Source: Anaerolineae bacterium (GTDB lineage Bacteria > Chloroflexota > Anaerolineae > Aggregatilineales > Phototrophicaceae). From it: a stretch of DNA of 64,000 nt. The first letter of the stretch is position 1, and each line of letters begins with the position of its first letter. The position numbers were made by a program, and so were the translations under genes. Shown in pieces: positions 57,718 through 64,000 of the stretch. The notes beneath the pieces are model-generated. The model saw only the letters and a program-made list of their open reading frames with translations, did not search any database and was not told where the DNA came from. The stretch spans positions 857 to 64,856 of the forward strand of contig JAJEBK010000031.1 in NCBI GenBank assembly GCA_022823945.1. The letters are read 5' to 3'.

Positions 57718-58980
57718 GTGAAGATAAAGGCAGTTATCTTGGCGGGCGGCAAAGGCACACGGCTGGGTGTCTTGACGATCAAGCGCGCCAAACCAGCCGT
57801 TCCTTTTGGCGGCAAATACCGCATCATCGACTTTGCGCTCAGCAACTGCGTCAATTCAAATGTCTTTGATGTCATGGTGCTGACGCAATATCGTCCGCAC
57901 AGCCTCAACGACCACATCGGTAAGGGACGCCCTTGGGACCTCGACCGCTCGTTCACTGGCGGCGTGCGTCTGCTGCAGCCCTATCAAGGCAGCTTTGATA
58001 CCGACTGGTATGCCGGCACTGCCGATGCCGTCGCGCAAAACCTCAATTTTATTCGGCAGGGCAGACCGGAATATGTGTTGATTTTGTCGGGCGACCACAT
58101 CTACGAGATGGATTATGACATGCTCGTGCAGTATCACCGCGACAAGGGAGCAGACGCCACAGTCTGCACAATCCGTGTGCCGCTTGACGAAGCCAGCCGC
58201 TTTGGCATCGTCGATGCCGACCATGATTATCGCGTCACCGACTTCGTGGAAAAGCCGGCATCGCCGCCCGGCAACCTGGCGAATATGGGCGTGTATGTCT
58301 TCGACTATGCGGTTCTGGAACGGGTCTTGCAAGAAGACCAGTACGACTCGGCATCCGAGCACGATTTTGGCAAAAATATCCTCCCCAAAATGGTCGCCGA
58401 CCGCATGGATATCTATGCCTATCCCTATGGCGGCTACTGGATCGATGTCGGCACGGTCGATGCCTATTGGGAAGCGCACATGGATTTGCTTTCCAGCCCG
58501 CCATCGCTCAATCTGAACGACCGCACCTGGGTCATTCACACGCGCAGCGAAGAACGTCCGCCCGTGCGCATCGGCACCGATGCCCACATCGTCGATAGCA
58601 TGATCACCGATGGCGCTGTGATCGGCGCGGGCGCTGTCATAGAGCGGTCGATTCTCTCGCCAGGCGTGTTCGTCGGTCCCGGCGCCGTCATCCGCGAGTC
58701 GGTAATTCTTAATGATGCCTATATTGAACGCGATGCGCTGGTGGAACGGGCGCTGGTGGATAAAATCGCTGTCATTGGCAAGGATGCGCGGGTTGGCGCC
58801 TGGCAAGACATAGGCGATTTGCGCATCACCAGCATCGGCAAGAATGCTCGCATTCCACCCGATTTCACCATTGGACCTGGCTCGGTGGTCGGCTCGGATG
58901 TCGAACACGCCGACTTCGAGCAGTATGCAAACAGGACGGTGCCCGCCGACAGCGATGTCAAATCTGGCGTGCGCCGATAA
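57718..58980 (+). CDS. glgC: Glucose-1-phosphate adenylyltransferase
   Basis: GTG 57718 is preceded by GAGGAGG. AVILAGGKGTRL, RAKPAVPFGGKYRIIDF, and C-terminal left-handed beta-helix repeats. Confidence 0.93.
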   Translation: MKIKAVILAGGKGTRLGVLTIKRAKPAVPFGGKYRIIDFALSNCVNSNVFDVMVLTQYRPHSLNDHIGKGRPWDLDRSFTGGVRLLQPYQGSFDTDWYAGTADAVAQNLNFIRQGRPEYVLILSGDHIYEMDYDMLVQYHRDKGADATVCTIRVPLDEASRFGIVDADHDYRVTDFVEKPASPPGNLANMGVYVFDYAVLERVLQEDQYDSASEHDFGKNILPKMVADRMDIYAYPYGGYWIDVGTVDAYWEAHMDLLSSPPSLNLNDRTWVIHTRSEERPPVRIGTDAHIVDSMITDGAVIGAGAVIERSILSPGVFVGPGAVIRESVILNDAYIERDALVERALVDKIAVIGKDARVGAWQDIGDLRITSIGKNARIPPDFTIGPGSVVGSDVEHADFEQYANRTVPADSDVKSGVRR

Positions 58981-59012
58981 ATAAAGGCGATGCTATTCTA
59001 ATTTTAAGCCTT

Positions 59013-59083
59013 GTAGGGGCGAGACTTGTCTCGCCCAATATGTCGCGGTTGACCATGTGGGCGACTCAGGAGTCGTCCCTACG
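59013..59083. repeat. Two family-B hairpins downstream of glgC (terminator-like)
   Basis: gtaggggcgagacttgtctcgccc (59013-36). catgtgggcgactcaggagtcgtccctacg (59054-83) is approximately the reverse complement of 24906-24936. Confidence 0.7.
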
Positions 59084-59177
59084 CCGTTCCTTAAATAAGG
59101 CTGGATTATTTTGTTGGACTTACAAAAAAGCAACAGCGAGACAAAACCAAGCAGGCAAATAAGCAGAGGACAGAAAC

Positions 59178-59960
59178 ATGTCAAAGATAAAAGTAGGCGT
59201 GCAATTGCATCCGCAGCGCGTCAGCTATGCGACCTACGCCGAGGCGGTCAAGGTGACAGAAGCCCTGGGCGTCGATTCGATTTGGAATTGGGATCATTTC
59301 TTCCCGCTGTATGGCGAAGGCGCTGGCGACCACTTTGAAGGCTGGACCCTGTTGACAGCCATCGCGATGTTGACCTCCCGCGCGGAGATTGGCACCTTGG
59401 TCACCTGCAACAGCTATCGCAATCCGGCGCTGCTGACACACATGGCGAATACAGTCGACCATATCAGCGGCGGACGGCTGATCCTGGGCATCGGCGCGGG
59501 CTGGTTCGAGAAAGATTATGCCGAATTCGGCTATGGGTTTGGCACAGCCGGCAGCCGCCTGCGTGATTTGGGAGAGGCGCTGCCGGTCATAAAGGAACGG
59601 ATGAACAAAGAGCTGCCAGCGCCGGTTCGCAATCCCATCCCCATCATGATCGGCGGCGGGGGCGAAAAAGTCACCCTGAAATTGACGGCTCAATATGCGG
59701 ACTTGTGGAACGGCTTCGGACCGCCAGACCAGTATGCGCACAAAAACCGCGTGCTGGATACCTGGTGCGAGACGGTCGGGCGGGATCCAGCTGCCATCGA
59801 GCGGACTGTCTCAATCACGCAGAATGATGATATCCCCGGCAATCTCGATGCCTATGCCGAAGCCGGCGCCACGCACTTCATCATGATGACTCCCGTTCCG
59901 CCCGACTACGACCGGGTCGAAGCTTTGCTCGCCTGGCGCGATCAAGCGTTGAAGCGCTAA
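59178..59960 (+). CDS. Luciferase-like monooxygenase (LLM) class, probably an F420-dependent oxidoreductase
   Basis: GVDSIWNWDHFFP, TCNSYRNPALL and GRLILGIGAGWFEKDY are typical of the LLM F420 subgroup. The cofactor assignment is inference. Confidence 0.8.
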   Translation: MSKIKVGVQLHPQRVSYATYAEAVKVTEALGVDSIWNWDHFFPLYGEGAGDHFEGWTLLTAIAMLTSRAEIGTLVTCNSYRNPALLTHMANTVDHISGGRLILGIGAGWFEKDYAEFGYGFGTAGSRLRDLGEALPVIKERMNKELPAPVRNPIPIMIGGGGEKVTLKLTAQYADLWNGFGPPDQYAHKNRVLDTWCETVGRDPAAIERTVSITQNDDIPGNLDAYAEAGATHFIMMTPVPPDYDRVEALLAWRDQALKR

Positions 59961-60145
59961 CCGAGTTCGGGCGCGGCGGCATTCAAACGGCGCGCCTGTT
60001 TTCTTCTTCCAAATCCCTCCTCATCTCTTGCGTCTTGCGCGCTGGGCTGCTGCGCTCCCGGCGGGCATCCCCTATATGGGCTTTCACTCGATGTCGATTG
60101 CCCGGCTTCAATTTCAAAAAAGCGTTGAGAAAGGCTTGACTTTCT

Positions 60146-60155
60146 GGGGGGGGGG
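60146..60155 (+). repeat. Homopolymeric G10 tract in a promoter-like spacer
   Basis: TTGACT (60136-41), then ttct, then G10, then tagacttaat. Counted directly from the sequence. It lies 98 nt upstream of ATG 60253. Confidence 0.9.
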
Positions 60156-60252
60156 TAGACTTAATTAAGGTTGCCGTCCGCGTCAATCTTATTGAATGTC
60201 TGCTCCGACGGCAATGCATGAGCGGGCAATCGACAGGAAGGGTGAAGAGTTT

Positions 60253-60822
60253 ATGAAACGGTTTATCAGCATTGGTCTGGTAGTCGTGCTGGCGGCGCTG
60301 CTGGCGATGCCGGTGATGGCGAAAGAACGTCTGCCTGCGCCCGATGTTCAATGGGTCTGGGCGGGCGAGAGATCCAGTGGCGACACACACTATTACTGTA
60401 TTGAGCTGGGCTTCTATCCCGTCAAAGGTGCCGCGGAAAAACAAGGTTCGGGTTCAAAATATGCTTCACCGGAAGCATACGCACTGAAGGTTTGGACCAA
60501 AGGCGATGATGATCCTCAGCTCAATCCTGCTGACTGGATGATCAACCTGGCACCAACCAGCGAACAATGGACGCGCTATATATCGGGGCAAACCGCAGCT
60601 TCAGGCACTCTCGCCAGCGCCAAGTGGACTTTTCTTGGTCTTTGCGGTTATGCGGAGAATCAGACTCTTCGGGTCCGCCTGCGCGCTCTCGAAGCAGATG
60701 ACCGGGGCGGCAAAGTCACAAAAACATTCAAAATCAAGCTGCCCAGCTACGGCACTTTCCGCGGGTTGAACATCCGCGCCGAAATGGGCGGCGGGAAAGT
60801 ATTTTATGGGGAAGTGCGCTGA
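60253..60822 (+). CDS. Secreted hypothetical protein
   Basis: Signal peptide MKRFISIGLVVVLAALLAMPVMA-KE and a GA-rich Shine-Dalgarno sequence upstream. I recognise no domain. Confidence 0.6.
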   Translation: MKRFISIGLVVVLAALLAMPVMAKERLPAPDVQWVWAGERSSGDTHYYCIELGFYPVKGAAEKQGSGSKYASPEAYALKVWTKGDDDPQLNPADWMINLAPTSEQWTRYISGQTAASGTLASAKWTFLGLCGYAENQTLRVRLRALEADDRGGKVTKTFKIKLPSYGTFRGLNIRAEMGGGKVFYGEVR

Positions 60823-61009
60823 CGGGCACCAGCCGCATTCCCGCCCAACTGCCGCAGAGGTAATTCCAGGTTAGTCGCGGCGGTGATGAACGAAACGAAG
60901 CCTCGGCCTCTGCGGGAGGTCGAGGCATTCTGTCTCGCGGCTGCCTCTTCTCACAGCCCGGAACGAGTCAAGTGGACCGGGCGCGCCGCCTTCGTCTAGC
61001 GCCGGCGGT

Positions 61010-61318
61010 TCAGGTGATGACCACGCAATTGTCACTGCCGTGCGGGTTGGGCAGATAGCCATCGGCTTCCCAGTCGTTGTGCCATTCGTCGCCATTCACC
61101 AGGTAACGGAACTCATACTGCGAGTCGGCTTGCAGGTGCAGCCAGGCGCTGAAACGACCATCTTTGCGCGCTTTCATTGGCGTGGCTGCTTCGTCCCAAT
61201 TGTTAAAATCGCCGACCAGCGCGACCGTCTCCGCGCTCAACTGTTTGGGCGTGTAGAAGGTAACTTTGCAGACCGTCCCCCGCTTTAGATACCGTTTCTT
61301 CAGCATTTCTCTCTCCAT
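61010..61318 (-). CDS. CBM48 / early-set (E-set) glycogen-binding domain protein
   Basis: VTFYTPKQLSAETVALVGDFNNWD...RFSAWLHLQADSQYEFRYLVNGDEWHND matches the AMPK-beta / isoamylase N-terminal domain pattern. Confidence 0.8.
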   Translation of the reverse strand: MEREMLKKRYLKRGTVCKVTFYTPKQLSAETVALVGDFNNWDEAATPMKARKDGRFSAWLHLQADSQYEFRYLVNGDEWHNDWEADGYLPNPHGSDNCVVIT

Positions 61319-61638
61319 TGCCAGGTGGCATCAGTTTTTGTATAGTATTGCATTCAGTTTAGCATAATTTGCAGATGTTTGTAGACCATTCAGATTTGAA
61401 ATAATGTCGCAGTTTCTCACGATTCAACGCAAATTATACAAATTACCAGCCATTTCACACCTGTTTATACGCGATTGACAACAATCCGCGTTCGTTTGGC
61501 GCGCGAATCCACAGAGTTTTTGAACATTATTCATCGTTTGCGGATGCCAATATTTATGCTGGTATTCTTGCAGCCATTCCGTAGAATACGAAACCTGCGT
61601 AGAAATACCCTGTTCCCACCGACAAAGGAGCCTGGTCA

Positions 61639-64000
61639 ATGGTACAACCGGTCGCGCGCGTGACTGTCGCGCCGAAATTGCCGCCGCAGCTTAGCCGCTT
61701 GCGCGAATTGACATACAACCTGCGCTGGGCTTGGGACCACGAAGCGATCTCGCTTTTTCGCCGCCTCGACCCCGAGCTTTGGGAAGCGACCGGTCACAAT
61801 CCCGAATGGATGCTGGGCAGGCTGAGCCAGGCTCGTTTGAGCGCCTTGGTGAGCGACAGTTCGTTTATGGCGCATTATGCGCGCGTCTGCCGCTCGGTCG
61901 ATGACTATATGCGCGCCGATGAAAGCTGGTTCGCCGCGAAATATCGCCATGGCGAGCGCCCGCCGACCATCGCCTACTTCTCTATGGAATTTGGCTTGAC
62001 CGAGTGCTTGCAGAATTATTCCGGTGGCCTGGGCGTGTTGAGTGGCGACCACCTCAAGAGCGCCAGCGATCTGGGCGTCCCGCTGATCGGCGTGGGCATC
62101 TTGTATCAGGAAGGCTACTTCCAGCAGGTTCTCAATGCCGATGGCTACCAGCAAGAATCGTATCCGATCAATGATTATGTCAATTTGCCCTTGCGGTTGC
62201 AGTTGGACGAGCGGGGGGAGCCAATCAAGATTGCTGTGCCGCTGCCCGGGCGCGACCTCTATGCGCAGATATGGAAGGTACAGGTCGGGCGTGTCGCGCT
62301 TTATTTGCTGGATTCAAATATAGACGACAATGACTGGGAAGAAGACCGCAATCTGACCGACCGTCTGTATGGCGGCGACCGGCGCACACGCATCCGCCAG
62401 GAGATTTTGATGGGCATCGGTGGCGTGCGCGCTTTGCGGACGCTGGGCATCAGCCCCGATGTTTATCACATGAACGAGGGTCATTCCGCATTTCTGCTGC
62501 TGGAGCGCATCCGCGACTTCATGCGCGACGACAGCCAGACATTTGAGCAGGCGCGCGCATTGACCGCGGCCAGCAGCGTATTCACAGTGCATACCCCGGT
62601 GCCGGCTGGCCTGGAACGTTTCGACTTCGCGCTGATAGACGAGCACTTCACCGACATGATGCGCGAGCTGGGTTTGTCTCGGGAGCAATTTCTCGATCTG
62701 GGCCGCGAGAATATGGGTGATTACGAACTCTTTTCCATGTCGGTTATGGCGCTGAATCTGTCGTCGGGCACGAATGGCGTCGCGCAGTTGCACGGCGCTA
62801 TATCGCGAGAGATGTGGCGCTGGGTTTATCCCAATGTGCCCGTGCATGAAGTGCCTATCGGCGCGATCACCAACGGCATCCATGTGCAGACCTGGGTCAG
62901 CCAGGAGATGGCGCAGCTATTCGACCGTTATCTTGATCCGGCCTGGCGGCACGAAGCAGCGCGTGACGAAGTTTGGGAGGGCGTCAACAGCATCCCGGAC
63001 GCGGAATTGTGGCGTACGCATGTCCGTCGGCGCGAGCGGCTGGTGGCTTTTGCCCGCGGCCGCCTGCGCGCCCAGTTGCTGCGGCGGGGCGTATCACAAA
63101 CCGAGCTGGAAACCGCCGATGAAGTGTTGAACCCCGATGCCTTGACTATCGGCTTTGCGAGGCGCTTTGCTACATACAAGCGCGCAACCCTGATATTCCA
63201 TGACCTGGAGCGGCTGCGCAGGCTGATTGCCGACAGCGACCGTCCCTTGCAGTTCATATTCGCTGGCAAGGCGCATCCGCACGACCACCACGGCAAAGAG
63301 TTGATCCGCAGCATCATCAATGTGGCGCGCGACCCCGACTTTCGCGAAAGCATCGTCTTCCTCGAAAATTATGATATGAATGTGGCGCGCTATATGGTGC
63401 AGGGCGTGGATGTCTGGTTGAATACGCCGCGCCGTCCCAAAGAAGCCAGCGGCACCAGCGGCATGAAAGTCATCTATAACGGCGGCTTGAATTGCAGCAT
63501 TCCCGATGGCTGGTGGGCAGAAGCCTATCGCCACGATATCGGCTGGTCGATCGGCAATGGCGAAGAATATCGCGAAGACGAATGGGCGCACCAGGATTAT
63601 GTAGAAAGCCAGGCGCTTTACAACTTGCTCGAACAAGACATCGTCCCGCTCTTCTATCGGCAGTCGCGTGATAACTTGCCGCGAGAATGGATCCGCCGCG
63701 TCAAACGCAGCATCCGGCGGCTGGCATCTACATTCAACACGCAGCGCATGGTGCAGCAGTACACAGACGCCTTCTATATGCCGCGCTACCGGGTTAGCCA
63801 GCAGATGCGCAGCGCCGGCTTCCACCAGACAGCTGCATTCGTCGACTGGCAGCGGCACCTCGAGCAGGTTTGGCACGAAGTATCTGTGCTGGATGTCACT
63901 GTCGAAGCGGGCGATGTCGAGATCGGCGCTTGCACGCAGATTCAAGCCTCTGTCGCGCTGGGGCAACTGTGTCCGCAGGATGTCAAGGTGCAACTGTATT
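61639..64000 (+). CDS. glgP: Alpha-glucan phosphorylase (GT35, GlgP-type); 3' end outside the window
   Basis: My own translation from ATG 61639, which is preceded by AAAGGAG 8 nt upstream: MVQPVARV...LTYNLRWAWDHEAISLFRRLDPELW...AYFSMEFGL...YSGGLGVLSGDHLKSASDLGVPLIGVGILYQEGYFQQ. Further on comes KEASGTSGMK, the PLP lysine region. The frame stays open to the window end and is not listed in the ORF track. Confidence 0.9.
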   Translation, partial: MVQPVARVTVAPKLPPQLSRLRELTYNLRWAWDHEAISLFRRLDPELWEATGHNPEWMLGRLSQARLSALVSDSSFMAHYARVCRSVDDYMRADESWFAAKYRHGERPPTIAYFSMEFGLTECLQNYSGGLGVLSGDHLKSASDLGVPLIGVGILYQEGYFQQVLNADGYQQESYPINDYVNLPLRLQLDERGEPIKIAVPLPGRDLYAQIWKVQVGRVALYLLDSNIDDNDWEEDRNLTDRLYGGDRRTRIRQEILMGIGGVRALRTLGISPDVYHMNEGHSAFLLLERIRDFMRDDSQTFEQARALTAASSVFTVHTPVPAGLERFDFALIDEHFTDMMRELGLSREQFLDLGRENMGDYELFSMSVMALNLSSGTNGVAQLHGAISREMWRWVYPNVPVHEVPIGAITNGIHVQTWVSQEMAQLFDRYLDPAWRHEAARDEVWEGVNSIPDAELWRTHVRRRERLVAFARGRLRAQLLRRGVSQTELETADEVLNPDALTIGFARRFATYKRATLIFHDLERLRRLIADSDRPLQFIFAGKAHPHDHHGKELIRSIINVARDPDFRESIVFLENYDMNVARYMVQGVDVWLNTPRRPKEASGTSGMKVIYNGGLNCSIPDGWWAEAYRHDIGWSIGNGEEYREDEWAHQDYVESQALYNLLEQDIVPLFYRQSRDNLPREWIRRVKRSIRRLASTFNTQRMVQQYTDAFYMPRYRVSQQMRSAGFHQTAAFVDWQRHLEQVWHEVSVLDVTVEAGDVEIGACTQIQASVALGQLCPQDVKVQLY

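Noticed and set aside
59983-60444. A 153-aa minus-strand ORF spanning the G10 tract
   Set aside because: Its composition is Arg/His-rich and it overlaps the signal-peptide gene start. It has no Shine-Dalgarno sequence and no motif.
61319-61638. AT-rich 320-bp region as a non-coding RNA gene or horizontally acquired DNA
   Set aside because: It sits between divergently transcribed genes (CBM48 and the phosphorylase). A pair of promoters with 5' UTRs is the simplest explanation. I could see no conserved RNA motif.

Overview
GC-rich bacterial chromosomal window with about 60 protein-coding genes. By eye I found no rRNA, tRNA, CRISPR array, integrase or transposase. Gene content and repeat style suggest a Chloroflexota-like lineage, but that is inference only. 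Most of the window is housekeeping: a partial glyA fused in frame to gcvT, an EF-G paralogue, ftsH, a lytic transglycosylase, mgsA, an ECF sigma/anti-sigma pair, greA, rplJ-rplL, rsmG, an OmpR-type two-component system, an Fe(III)-type ABC importer, mug, ssb, gatB, tatA, and a glycogen cluster (glgA, glgC, a CBM48 protein, alpha-glucan phosphorylase). The stand-out is a translationally coupled three-gene operon at 32198-34810. It encodes a UBC-like E2 with a catalytic-position Cys, a JAB/MPN peptidase fused to a second Cys-less UBC/UEV-like domain, and a ThiF/MoeB-type E1. I found no ubiquitin-like gene and no CD-NTase gene nearby, so this is a ubiquitination-like module with no identifiable substrate. 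Intergenic DNA carries at least four families of short hairpin or MITE-like repeats. Two copies have target-site-duplication-like flanks that include the stop codon of the neighbouring gene. One family also appears as an in-frame tandem repeat in the glyA-gcvT linker. Two genes look frameshifted (a translin-like gene and an MBL-fold hydrolase). A G10 tract sits in a promoter-like spacer upstream of a secreted protein of unknown function. All calls come from reading the supplied ORF translations and the DNA; no database search was run.
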